This document shows positions 1 to 8,836 of a stretch of DNA of 64,000 nucleotides, one piece after another; the stretch's first letter is position 1; each line of letters starts with the position of its first letter. Source of the stretch: a virus. Lineage: Duplodnaviria; Caudoviricetes. Position numbers and translations under genes: made by a program. The DNA lies in IMG/VR virus record IMGVR_UViG_3300044477_000030, positions 1-64,000 of that record; one strand, written 5' to 3'. Under the pieces are notes generated by a model that worked only from the letters and a program-made list of their open reading frames with translations, searched no databases and was not told where the DNA came from.

Positions 1-140
1 GCGGTGATGGTTCCACCTTGAGTATTTCATATTGGGATGGAAACAGAAATCGTATTATGATTGGTTACATTGGTGAAAACGGTTTGGAACCAAATGTTGC
101 CTATAAACTCAACGAAAAGCATGAATTCGTCAAGGCTTGA
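1..140 (+). CDS. 3' end of an octapeptide-repeat (STLTGGxx) protein, paralog of 57993-58772 (truncated by window start)
   Basis: nt 1-127 identical to 58633-58759; reads GDGSTLSISYWDGNRNRIMIGYIGENGLEPNVAYKLNEKHEFVKA-stop (TGA 138-140). Confidence 0.85.
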   Translation, partial: GDGSTLSISYWDGNRNRIMIGYIGENGLEPNVAYKLNEKHEFVKA

Positions 141-143
141 AAC

Positions 144-452
144 ATGAAAAACTTTATTTTTTTGATCCTTCTGTTTTCTTCGTTGTTGTTTGCCACAGAG
201 AAAAAGTTCTTCATAATGGGCAATATCCACGAAAATTGCACATTGCTCGATTCACTCACGAACAAGCAATTTCCATATTTGACTTGTTTCAAGATGGAAA
301 CCAAAGCCTATTTCACCATCGCCATGAACGAGAATGCCTGGGCAAAGGAAATAAATAGGTGTTCGCAGGAATCCAGAATGGCGTGGAGGAAGGAATTCGG
401 GAGATCATGGACTGGAATGTTGCATTGCATTAGATTTTTGAGGGAAATGTGA
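144..452 (+). CDS. Hypothetical protein with signal-peptide-like N-terminus
   Basis: MKNFIFLILLFSSLLFA hydrophobic leader; ATG 3 nt after upstream stop. Confidence 0.6.
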   Translation: MKNFIFLILLFSSLLFATEKKFFIMGNIHENCTLLDSLTNKQFPYLTCFKMETKAYFTIAMNENAWAKEINRCSQESRMAWRKEFGRSWTGMLHCIRFLREM

Positions 453-539
453 ATAAATTCTGGTATCTTGAGCAACTTTGCGTCATCGCGCAGTTCGCGG
501 GCGTATGGGCAAGCATCAACGGTTTAATTTGAGGTGGTT

Positions 540-806
540 ATGCCAAATTTCAGAAGTGTTATTCGGAATGTCAACACAGTCTGCACCTATCTGAAGATGG
601 ACTACGACAACCGAATGCGGGAGATCAACAACACAATCCGAGAAAGCAAACTATCACCTGAAGGAATGGTGGCCGCTTGCCTTGGAAGCATGACTTCCTT
701 GGAAGAAGAAGGATACGGTGATCTGATGGTCTGTTTTGCCCATCAAAGTCTCGGGGAAGATTGTCCATATCTTCGTTGCGCATCTCCGTTCGAGGTTGAA
801 GAATGA
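540..806 (+). CDS. Hypothetical protein
   Basis: GAGGTGG RBS before ATG 540; TGA overlaps next ATG. Confidence 0.6.
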   Translation: MPNFRSVIRNVNTVCTYLKMDYDNRMREINNTIRESKLSPEGMVAACLGSMTSLEEEGYGDLMVCFAHQSLGEDCPYLRCASPFEVEE

Positions 807-1081
807 GAAAGAAGCGAAACGATTCAAAACTCCGGGACATTATGGCTCTGGAGAACAAGTATATGCTTTTCATTGACGGCCATGATAATGCCATCCTTGG
901 CACAGGAAGCAGATGCGGAATGGAGCCGGTGGCTGTTTACAATCGTGACGTCATACGAGGCAATCTTGTAAAAGACGGTCAAACCGAAGAAGAAGCAGAC
1001 TTGTGGATTGAAAACAATATTGCTTCTTCTTGGATTGGAGATCATGATGCTCCAATCTTGCTGGAGTGGATTGAACTATGA
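803..1081 (+). CDS. Conserved phage hypothetical protein
   Basis: ATGA-coupled on both sides; LFIDGHDNAILG...AVYNRD motif resembles a widespread small phage protein family. Confidence 0.7.
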   Translation: MRKKRNDSKLRDIMALENKYMLFIDGHDNAILGTGSRCGMEPVAVYNRDVIRGNLVKDGQTEEEADLWIENNIASSWIGDHDAPILLEWIEL

Positions 1082-1713
1082 ACGTGCTCGCGATCGACAA
1101 TGGAACCACGGGTACTGTGGCGTTTATCACAAGTTACTCTCAATCGACCATATTCTTCGAGACTCCGATAATCCATGTTCCGAATTATACCAAGCCGGAA
1201 CGGAAGAAAAAGAAAACTAAAGATGGAAAGAAAACAGAACTTGTCCAGGCGATGACTTCGAGGCTGGATTTCGATAAATTCAACAAATTTCTTTTCAATA
1301 CCATTGGTGACGATACGATTGTGATTCTTGAACGGCCAAGGGTGAACCCAGGTCAATTCAAAACTACAATCAACGCCGTTCGTTGCATGGAAGCTACTTG
1401 TATAGCTTTGGAACAAAACAATCTCCAGTATCGTTTCCTGGATTCGAGATCCTGGCAGAAAAAGTATCTTCCTGATGTCTTGGAGAGCAACAAAAAACCA
1501 CGAGTGAAGAAAGGCGCCAAGAAATCGGAAGATATACCCGCCGAGAAGCCGAAGAAAGAGCCATCGGGAAGCGAAAAGCTGAAGAAGGCGAGCATGGAGC
1601 TTGGGATCAGATTGTTTCCGCAGCATGAAGCTCTCATCAGGAAGCATGGCGATGCCGATTCATTGCTCATGGCCAAGTATATTATGGAAACAGAAAAAGA
1701 ACTTTGGGAATAA
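1078..1713 (+). CDS. RuvC-like Holliday junction resolvase (phage type)
   Basis: N-terminal VLAIDNGTTG, central ILERP and C-terminal DADSLL acidic motifs of the RNase H/RuvC fold; two Lys-rich insertions. Confidence 0.75.
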   Translation: MNVLAIDNGTTGTVAFITSYSQSTIFFETPIIHVPNYTKPERKKKKTKDGKKTELVQAMTSRLDFDKFNKFLFNTIGDDTIVILERPRVNPGQFKTTINAVRCMEATCIALEQNNLQYRFLDSRSWQKKYLPDVLESNKKPRVKKGAKKSEDIPAEKPKKEPSGSEKLKKASMELGIRLFPQHEALIRKHGDADSLLMAKYIMETEKELWE

Positions 1714-1802
1714 TCCAATTTGGATTCGCCGAAGTACCTGAAAATTTGTATTATATGGATGTGGGAAAGAGATCTGAAACGGAACACCGAACCGAGGACA
1801 AT

Positions 1803-2063
1803 ATGATTAAAACAATTTTGATTATTTTGGGGGCGATCTTGATCCTGACCATTGGTGTTCCCGCCTATCTGCCGGTATCGTCCTGCCAGTCCGTATGGAC
1901 TACTCCCAAGGTAGAACGAAATGCAGATACACTCTCGGTTCAACATATAACTGAACCAAAACTCGAACGCTTATTCGTGAAAGCCAGAGATTCTCCTGTG
2001 TTGTCGCAATCATACTTGGATTGCAAAACACATATTGAAATTTCCGCAACTGACCGAATATGA
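1803..2063 (+). CDS. Membrane-anchored hypothetical protein
   Basis: GAGGA RBS; N-terminal hydrophobic helix MIKTILIILGAILILTIGV; promoter motif at 1745-1754. Confidence 0.6.
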   Translation: MIKTILIILGAILILTIGVPAYLPVSSCQSVWTTPKVERNADTLSVQHITEPKLERLFVKARDSPVLSQSYLDCKTHIEISATDRI

Positions 2064-2169
2064 CTCAATGGATGCTTCTGGATTCCCGCCAAAAAATTCC
2101 AGCATCAGAGAATATTAACTTTGAGTTTTAATTACGGGATGGCGCAACGCACATAGCGCCATTCCATCA

Positions 2170-2250
2170 TGCCAGTAGGTCGTCGGTAGCACGGCATCCC
2201 CTAACAAGGGAGTCCCGAGAGGGAGGGTGGTTCGATTCCGCCACTGGCTC
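2170..2250 (+). tRNA. Atypical class II (long variable arm) tRNA-like gene; best-fold anticodon AAC; no encoded CCA
   Basis: Acceptor GCCAGT/ACTGGC (1:72 T:T mismatch), D arm GTCG/CGGC with GG, anticodon stem TCCC/GGGA with loop CTAACAA, variable arm TCCC-GAGA-GGGA, T arm GGTGG-TTCGATT-CCGCC. Confidence 0.65.
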
Positions 2251-2358
2251 TAAGGTCAAAGGTAAATCTCGGAAAGTAATCGGTTATATCCTTTCAGGAA
2301 GACAGCTCATTAAGTACGAGTACAATGACCTTCTCTTTTACAACCAACCGGAGCAATA

Positions 2359-3342
2359 ATGCCGACCCTTAAAGAAGACCGTCTGAACAAAATCGCCTCA
2401 ATGTACCAAGAAAAGGGAGAGATCGAGACTGCGAAGCATTTCGGGATCACCATCGAATCCCTCATGCGCTATATGCGCATCTTCAAGAAGAAGCCAGCCC
2501 AGGTTATCCAAACTCCCCAGGCGACCAAGCAGAAGGAAGATCCAATCTGGAGCAAATTGAAAGAGAAGTTTTCAGAAGATGAGATTCAGGCACTTCTGAA
2601 TGCCAATACTTCCAGGAAACCCATTGACAATGCTGCTTATTCCTTCAGCGGGAAGACGGTTCGGTTTCTATCACTTGGCGACACCCACATCGGTTCCAAG
2701 TTCTTCGATGAAACAAAGTTGCTGTCCGCGTTCAAGGAAGCCGAGAAGCAAGAATGCCAATTCATGCTGCACAGCGGCGATGTCACAGAAGGCATGAGTG
2801 CTCGTCCTGGCCAGATCTACGAACTCGAAGACATTGGGCAGTCCGCACAGGTAAATCACGCAGTCCGTGTGTTATCGCAGTGGAAAGAAAAGATTTTCTT
2901 CATCACCGGGAACCACGACGGCTTCGTTAATAGCAAGACAGGGGTGGGGATTGATGTGGGCATGATGCTTCAGGACAGATTGCCAAATTCGAAATTCGTC
3001 GGATACCATCAAGGAATTGTTGATGTGAATGGTTCAAGCTTTATGCTGTGGCACGGAACAGACGGCAATTCGTATTCGACCAGCTACCGGCCACAGAAGA
3101 TTGTGGAAGCGTTCAACGGAGGAGAGAAGCCCCATGCCTTGTTCTGCGGACACACACACAAGATGCTCTATATGTTCGATCGCAACGTACATATCGTATC
3201 TACGGGTTGCATCGAAGATCAATCTGACTTCATGAAATTCAATCGTCTTGCTGCCCACGTCGGCTTCTGGATCTGCGAAGCCACGATCAATGGTGGTGAG
3301 ATCAAGAAGTTCACATCTACCTGGCATCCGTTCTACATTTAA
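2359..3342 (+). CDS. N-terminal HTH-like region plus calcineurin-like metallophosphoesterase
   Basis: Motifs GDTH, GDVTEG, GNHD, MLWHG, GHTH; short helical N-terminal segment (IETAKHFGITIESLMRY). Confidence 0.85.
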   Translation: MPTLKEDRLNKIASMYQEKGEIETAKHFGITIESLMRYMRIFKKKPAQVIQTPQATKQKEDPIWSKLKEKFSEDEIQALLNANTSRKPIDNAAYSFSGKTVRFLSLGDTHIGSKFFDETKLLSAFKEAEKQECQFMLHSGDVTEGMSARPGQIYELEDIGQSAQVNHAVRVLSQWKEKIFFITGNHDGFVNSKTGVGIDVGMMLQDRLPNSKFVGYHQGIVDVNGSSFMLWHGTDGNSYSTSYRPQKIVEAFNGGEKPHALFCGHTHKMLYMFDRNVHIVSTGCIEDQSDFMKFNRLAAHVGFWICEATINGGEIKKFTSTWHPFYI

Positions 3343-3360
3343 TATTGCACATTGGACTAT

Positions 3361-3399
3361 TGCCCGCTTCATTATCTCGATTGAGGCGGGCATTTATTT
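3361..3399 (+). terminator. Rho-independent terminator
   Basis: TGCCCGCTTC/GAGGCGGGCA stem followed by TTTATTT just after the phosphoesterase. Confidence 0.65.
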
Positions 3400-3424
3400 G
3401 TATTATATGGAAAAGGAGAATCTG

Positions 3425-3601
3425 ATGGTGAAAATAAAAATGACAATTTTAGACTTTTCTCGTATTCGTACTGGCGTTTTTGCAAAGAATCCATCCGAAG
3501 ATATTCGGAGATGGAACGAGCGTCATCCGTTATCTTGCCAGAATCTCCTTCTTGGAGATCCCGTGCCACCTAAAGATTTATTAAAAGGAGAAATGTCATG
3601 A
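3425..3601 (+). CDS. Small hypothetical protein
   Basis: AAGGAG RBS at 3413-3418, promoter motif 3397-3406, TGA overlaps next ATG. Confidence 0.5.
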   Translation: MVKIKMTILDFSRIRTGVFAKNPSEDIRRWNERHPLSCQNLLLGDPVPPKDLLKGEMS

Positions 3602-4041
3602 AATTGGAAATAAAAACAAGATACGGCAAACTTTATTTTGATCCAGATTCAAACAAGAATCCATGCGAATTTCTAACAACATCCGGCGAGTGGTGCATTG
3701 GGAACATTGAAAAAGTTCTTCTGGATTTAGGCAGACCCGTTGGAGTCTATATCACTCCTCCTGATGGAATTGCATATTGGGCATCACGGGAAGTTCGTCC
3801 TGTCCAGGAGAAGAAGTTCCAGACCGTCAAGATGGACATCAACGAGATCGCCGAGATATGCCGGACGAAATGGCTTCGATTGAGGAACGGATCTAGCGCA
3901 TTATTGTTCAATCCATCATTGACTCTTAGGGCGAACGGAGCGATCGTTGTTAGCGGGAGTTGGATGTTAGAAGATTGCCAATGGGCACACAGCCCAAACT
4001 CAACCGAATGGAAGGATTTCACCAAACAGGTCGAAGTGTAA
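3598..4041 (+). CDS. Hypothetical protein
   Basis: 147 aa ORF in tightly packed operon. Confidence 0.7.
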   Translation: MKLEIKTRYGKLYFDPDSNKNPCEFLTTSGEWCIGNIEKVLLDLGRPVGVYITPPDGIAYWASREVRPVQEKKFQTVKMDINEIAEICRTKWLRLRNGSSALLFNPSLTLRANGAIVVSGSWMLEDCQWAHSPNSTEWKDFTKQVEV

Positions 4042-4042
4042 G

Positions 4043-5281
4043 ATGCTCAAGAAAGCCATACTGAAAAACTACGAATCCCACGAGGACTCCACAATGGAGT
4101 TCTCCCCAGGAATCAATGTCATCATCGGCGACACCGACTCCGGCAAGTCCGGCTCGCTGCGTGGAATTCTTGGCGTCATCACCAATACGATGTTCGGCCT
4201 GGAGCACATCTCCGATTGGATTCGCACCAAGACTGGCACGGTCAAGGCTGGCAAGGAAGGGAGCGTCTCGATTGAGGCTGACGACAAAATCATCACCAGG
4301 TTCCGATCCGACAAGCTGAATGGCTATCGGATGACTGGTGAGCAAGATCTGGGAGCCGTGCGAGACAAGGTTCCAGATTGCGTCGCCAATCATTTGAACG
4401 TCGGAGATGTCAACATCCAACGTCAGTTCAATGCCCCCTTCCTCCTCGGTCTTGGCCCAACCCAAGTGGCCAAATACCTCAACTCCCTTGTCCGTCTGGA
4501 TGTAATTGACAAGTATATCCAGGCCGTCAACAAGAAGGTGCTCGCCAACGGAGCGTCTATATCCAAGGAAGAGGAAGAGATCAAAGCGATCGAGACCCAG
4601 ATCGAATCCTACAAATGGATCGAGGATCTGGAGCCCATCGCCATCCTCATGAAGAATCTCGATGAAGAAATCGCTATGCTGCACAGAAAGCAGGCACGCT
4701 TGAACGAAATGCTCGGAACTTATATTCCAGCCATGCAAAGTGTAGAGAAGGCCAAGGTCAAGGTATCCGCCTCCTCCTTGGTGGAAAGGGCTAAGACCCT
4801 GGCGACGAAGATCGAAGAGAAGAACAGGATGCGCCGGGAGATTGTGTCCCAGCTCGAACAGTTTATGCAGGCAATGGAAAGCGCACAGTTGAGATCCACG
4901 GCCCTGAATCGAGTTGGAGGACTCTATGACCGGATCAAGGAATTAGACGCGGAGCTGAAGACGGCGAAGGCCACGGCGCCCAGGTTGAAGGCTCAACTGG
5001 AAGCCCACGGGATAGCCGCGCTCACGGTAAAGCGTAAAGACAGCATCTCCATGGCGGAAAAATGCGTAAATACCGCCAGGAGCATCGCAACAAAGATTTC
5101 GTCCAAGTTGGAACAATCGGACAAGATCAAGCGGTCGGTTATTTTGTATAATAGTAGCATGGAAAAGATCGCAAAGCTCAAGGATGCTTTGGTTAAGCTG
5201 GAAGCGTCGAGGCCAAAGGTCTGCGAGCTTTGCGGTCGCCCGTTTGAACAAGGAGAAGGTCATGGGCATCAAGGGCAATAG
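4043..5281 (+). CDS. sbcC: SbcC/Rad50-like ATPase, N-terminal half (Walker A, coiled coil, zinc hook)
   Basis: GINVIIGDTDSGKS Walker A, NIQRQF Q-loop, long coiled coil, CELC hook near C-terminus; no Walker B or signature motif. Confidence 0.85.
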   Translation: MLKKAILKNYESHEDSTMEFSPGINVIIGDTDSGKSGSLRGILGVITNTMFGLEHISDWIRTKTGTVKAGKEGSVSIEADDKIITRFRSDKLNGYRMTGEQDLGAVRDKVPDCVANHLNVGDVNIQRQFNAPFLLGLGPTQVAKYLNSLVRLDVIDKYIQAVNKKVLANGASISKEEEEIKAIETQIESYKWIEDLEPIAILMKNLDEEIAMLHRKQARLNEMLGTYIPAMQSVEKAKVKVSASSLVERAKTLATKIEEKNRMRREIVSQLEQFMQAMESAQLRSTALNRVGGLYDRIKELDAELKTAKATAPRLKAQLEAHGIAALTVKRKDSISMAEKCVNTARSIATKISSKLEQSDKIKRSVILYNSSMEKIAKLKDALVKLEASRPKVCELCGRPFEQGEGHGHQGQ

Positions 5282-5486
5282 AGTTGTGTTGAGACAGAAC
5301 AATCTCTACGATGTTATTCTTCGCAAAGGCCAACTCGCCGTCATTGGTATGTTTGCCAGAGACATTGAAAATGGAAAAGTCGTCAAGGTTGAATCTGTCA
5401 TTGATTCAGATTATGTAATCGTGAGGGAAAAACCAAATAACAAGTGGTGTTCTGCATATTTCTCAGGGAGTTTGTTCCGTGCTTAA
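5262..5486 (+). CDS. Hypothetical protein
   Basis: AGGAGAAGG RBS before ATG 5262. Confidence 0.55.
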   Translation: MGIKGNRVVLRQNNLYDVILRKGQLAVIGMFARDIENGKVVKVESVIDSDYVIVREKPNNKWCSAYFSGSLFRA

Positions 5487-5603
5487 ACCCATCGACAAGG
5501 ATCTCTGCTGGATTGGTGGAGAAGTAAGAGTTCTGATTGACGGAAGATGGGCTCCACTCAACGACACGCACCGTCCAAAAATTCAATACAAAGGAAAGAC
5601 AGT

Positions 5604-5834
5604 ATGATCTGGCAAATTCTAAAAGCCTTGGGTTTCGCACTCGGATATGAATTACTGTATCTGGTCATTTGGCTCGGCGTGACAGTTTTTATTGTTCTAT
5701 GGCCAGTCATCTTCGTCTTGATTGTCATCTATGCCATCTTTGTTCTCCTGTTTTTCAGCAGGAGTAATCTCGATGCACAGATTGAAAAGCTGGACAGGCT
5801 CCAAAAGAGATTTTCAAAATTGGGGAAGAATTGA
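5604..5834 (+). CDS. Small membrane protein
   Basis: AAGGA RBS; long hydrophobic stretch followed by a basic tail. Confidence 0.55.
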   Translation: MIWQILKALGFALGYELLYLVIWLGVTVFIVLWPVIFVLIVIYAIFVLLFFSRSNLDAQIEKLDRLQKRFSKLGKN

Positions 5835-6068
5835 TTGCGTTTGCCCTTCTCCTCATCCTCTTGGTTATTTGCCCTCCGGTCGGATTGGTGGTTGCTATCT
5901 GGTGGTTGCTCAAATGATAGAAATATTTCTTTGGGTTGTCGGCGGCATATGCCTTTTGATCTTCATTGATTTTTCAACGGAGAGGTGGTAGATGGTTGCT
6001 GTGATCATGGCTCTGGTTATCCAGTTTGCCGTCGTTGTTACCAAAATCTTTGACGAGATGGTGCCATA

Positions 6069-6950
6069 ATGAAATTTCTACAATGCGCCGATATTCATCT
6101 CCGTGGCGAGATACCCATCTGCCGAACCGACGAGAACTGGCTAGAGTCCCAGCGTAAGGATGTTCGGTTTCTTGTGGACACGGCGAACAAGCTGAAGGTT
6201 CCATTGCTCTGCCTCGGTGACATTTTCGACGCTCCACGTTGCGCGACCGCAGTTGTGAACATGGCCATCGAAGAGTTCTCCAAGGCCAAGTTCGGAATCA
6301 AGTTTCTTCCCGGAAACCACGATCTCCCGTTCCATAGTTACAAGTTGCTTCAGGAATGTTCCCTTGGCACATTGCTGCATAGCTTCAGCGAACTCATGGA
6401 TGGAACTGCCGGGGGACACAAATGGACAGCCTCTCCGTTTGGTTTGGACAAGCAATCGGATGCGGAGATCCGTTTCATTCATCGTCTTGTGTTCCCAGAC
6501 GAAGCGTCCCGCCCAATCGACGAATGTGGCCAGACCGCAGAGGAATTGCTGGCCGAGTTCCCGGAGCAGAAGTGGATCTTCACCGGCGACTACCATCATT
6601 CATTCCATTTCGAGAAGGATGGGCGCCATGTGGTGAATACAGGATGCGTGAACATCCAGAAGGCGGACATGATTGGCTACATTCCAAAGGTGGCCGTCGT
6701 TGATACAGATGCCGGAACGATCGAATGGATTCCGATCCCACAGGATCATGCACAGTTTGGAACTGAATATCTGGAAGAGGCCAAGGGGCGCGAAGCCAGG
6801 ATGGAAGGATTCTTCGAGATCGCGAAACGCAACAACGGCGTTACGATCTCGTTCAAGGACAATCTGGAGGCCAATATGCGGAAGGCTCCATTGTCCGTTC
6901 AACAAATTTTGATGGAAATCGACCAAGGAGTCAGGAATGAAAGCAAGTGA
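6069..6950 (+). CDS. sbcD: SbcD/Mre11-like DNA repair nuclease
   Basis: ADIH, LGDIFD, PGNHD, GDYHH phosphoesterase motifs; located between the two SbcC halves. Confidence 0.9.
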   Translation: MKFLQCADIHLRGEIPICRTDENWLESQRKDVRFLVDTANKLKVPLLCLGDIFDAPRCATAVVNMAIEEFSKAKFGIKFLPGNHDLPFHSYKLLQECSLGTLLHSFSELMDGTAGGHKWTASPFGLDKQSDAEIRFIHRLVFPDEASRPIDECGQTAEELLAEFPEQKWIFTGDYHHSFHFEKDGRHVVNTGCVNIQKADMIGYIPKVAVVDTDAGTIEWIPIPQDHAQFGTEYLEEAKGREARMEGFFEIAKRNNGVTISFKDNLEANMRKAPLSVQQILMEIDQGVRNESK

Positions 6951-7422
6951 GCTACAAGTTGGCGGAAACCACTACAAGGATGTGAAGATCCAGCCGTTCG
7001 AGTATTCGATTCGCAATGGACTCAATGCCATCGAGCACACTTGCTTGAAGTATATCTTCCGAGCCCGTGAGAAGAATGGGGTCGAGGATGTACGCAAGGC
7101 TTTCCATTGTCTCGGAATCTTGATCGAATATGCCGAGATACCAGGACGCATCCAACCAAAACGCAATCTGGACATGGTTACATCCGACGAGTTCTCCAGA
7201 CAGAAGGATCTTACAGAAGCGGAACACGAATTCATCCATATTATTTCTACATGGCGCAATGTTACGAGCTACAAATGGCGTCGTATCGAATTGCTTCATT
7301 ATCTCATGACCATGCAGAATCGTATCGAAGCCGCCGTGCAACACGATGTTGACCGCGCCAAGGAAGAGAAGACCTGGTGGTTCCGCGCCCGCAACTTCAT
7401 CGAATTCCATATGGGGATCTGA
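6937..7422 (+). CDS. DUF3310 (SaV-like) protein
   Basis: QVGGNHYK...IQP...LKYIFRAREKNGVEDVRKA signature. Confidence 0.8.
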   Translation: MKASELQVGGNHYKDVKIQPFEYSIRNGLNAIEHTCLKYIFRAREKNGVEDVRKAFHCLGILIEYAEIPGRIQPKRNLDMVTSDEFSRQKDLTEAEHEFIHIISTWRNVTSYKWRRIELLHYLMTMQNRIEAAVQHDVDRAKEEKTWWFRARNFIEFHMGI

Positions 7423-7423
7423 T

Positions 7424-7711
7424 ATGGATTTATATGCCGTGGATATGCGTACAGGAAATATCGAATTCTTCACACAAAGCACAGAGAGCGATACTCATCG
7501 AATCTCACCCGAAGGATTCCAGTATCCAAAATTTGGAGATTATTTATATTTCGAGAGCGAGCTTCATGCAGTAAAGAAATCAATTGAAATTTTCGAATCT
7601 CGTAAAGCGAATTTAACAAAAGAAATGTTGAGCGTCGATGCCAGGCTCGCAGATTTGTTTATGAGAAAGGGAGCTTGCATTGTTCGTTCGAATTCACAGG
7701 AGAAACAATGA
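7424..7711 (+). CDS. Hypothetical protein
   Basis: ATG 1 nt after upstream stop; coiled-coil-like C-terminus. Confidence 0.6.
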   Translation: MDLYAVDMRTGNIEFFTQSTESDTHRISPEGFQYPKFGDYLYFESELHAVKKSIEIFESRKANLTKEMLSVDARLADLFMRKGACIVRSNSQEKQ

Positions 7712-7998
7712 GTTTATCTACAACCCACATCGTATTCCACGCAGACCAGGACAAGGTGCTCCTGTTCCAACCATGCTCGAACCCAGACAAGGGCAAGGGC
7801 TTGGATCGCACGAACGAATTCATCCACACCATGCTCGGCTACCTTCTCACCCAAGGCCCGCGCACAATTACATTGCCCAATGGCGATCAGTATTTTGTCT
7901 CTGCGGTCAAAACCGAACAAGAGAACAATACCATTGCCGGATGGAGCGAAAAGAAATCCAACACCGATGAGGTCAAGAGTGACGATCCAGCAACTTGA
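7708..7998 (+). CDS. Hypothetical protein
   Basis: AGGAG RBS; ATGA overlap. Confidence 0.6.
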   Translation: MSLSTTHIVFHADQDKVLLFQPCSNPDKGKGLDRTNEFIHTMLGYLLTQGPRTITLPNGDQYFVSAVKTEQENNTIAGWSEKKSNTDEVKSDDPAT

Positions 7999-8206
7999 AC
8001 AGCAAATCGAAGCGGCCAAGAAGGATCTGGCCAAGTCCGAAGGAACCATGGAGCAGATCGAGTCCGAGTGGCTGGCCAACCATGGCACCAAGGATCACAA
8101 GGAGATCCAGCAGATTGCCGACAAGATGGATTCCCAGCTCAAGACCATGACCGAGGAACAGGAACGGCTGATCGTCCAGGCATCCGATATTCTAAGCAAG
8201 GCATAG
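7979..8206 (+). CDS. Small coiled-coil protein (possible detached SbcC coil segment)
   Basis: GAGG RBS before GTG 7979; heptad-rich IQQLEQQIEAAKKDLAK; directly precedes the SbcC C-half. Confidence 0.7.
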   Translation: MTIQQLEQQIEAAKKDLAKSEGTMEQIESEWLANHGTKDHKEIQQIADKMDSQLKTMTEEQERLIVQASDILSKA

Positions 8207-8207
8207 G

Positions 8208-8819
8208 ATGAAGACTTCCGAGATCCTAAAAAAACTCGAAGACGGGAAGACCGAAAGGAATCTTCTCGCCTCCCAGCTATCCAAACGCAAGGAGAAGCTG
8301 GAGAACTTGAAGGCACTCAAGCTCGATCTCGAAGGAGCCCAGGCGATCATCCAGGAGACGGCACGCCAGACCCAGGAGACCTTGAAGTTCCACATCAAGG
8401 ATTTGAGTCAGGCCGCAATCGATTCGGTGTTCCCGGCCAAGTACGATGTGATGGTGGATTTCGATCTGTCCCATAATACCGTGGCCTGCGATCTATATCT
8501 GGATCGCAATGGCTATCGTCTCGATCCTATGGATTCGAACGGCGGTGGCTTGGTGGATGTCATGTCTCTGGCGTTGCGAGTGGCCTGCTGGTCTATGGGG
8601 CGGACACGGAATGTTCTGTTCCTGGACGAACCTCTGAAGAATGTGTCTGTGAAGTACAGGCCGGTGGTGGTGGATTTCATGAAGGGGATCACCAAGAAAC
8701 TCGGGCTTCAAATGATCATGGTAACTCACGATCCAGAGATCATTTCCGCTGCTGACCGGGTGTTCCTTGTGACCCAGAAGGGAAAACATTCCAAAGTGGA
8801 ACAACGCGACAACGCTTAA
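8208..8819 (+). CDS. sbcC: SbcC/Rad50-like ATPase, C-terminal half
   Basis: SNGGG signature, LFLDEP Walker B, MVTHD H-loop. Confidence 0.85.
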   Translation: MKTSEILKKLEDGKTERNLLASQLSKRKEKLENLKALKLDLEGAQAIIQETARQTQETLKFHIKDLSQAAIDSVFPAKYDVMVDFDLSHNTVACDLYLDRNGYRLDPMDSNGGGLVDVMSLALRVACWSMGRTRNVLFLDEPLKNVSVKYRPVVVDFMKGITKKLGLQMIMVTHDPEIISAADRVFLVTQKGKHSKVEQRDNA

Positions 8820-8836
8820 ATTTGTATAATAGCAAT

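Noticed and set aside
1-140. Diversity-generating retroelement (TR/VR pair with 58633-58772)
   Set aside because: Differences are C/T, G/A, C/T, G/A rather than restricted to template adenines, and no reverse transcriptase is in the window.
2170-2250. Amber suppressor tRNA (CTA) or stop-codon recoding
   Set aside because: CTA is not centred in the only loop that can close a stem, and genes end normally at TAG (e.g. 8206, 15625, 30292), TAA and TGA with long intact ORFs in code 11.
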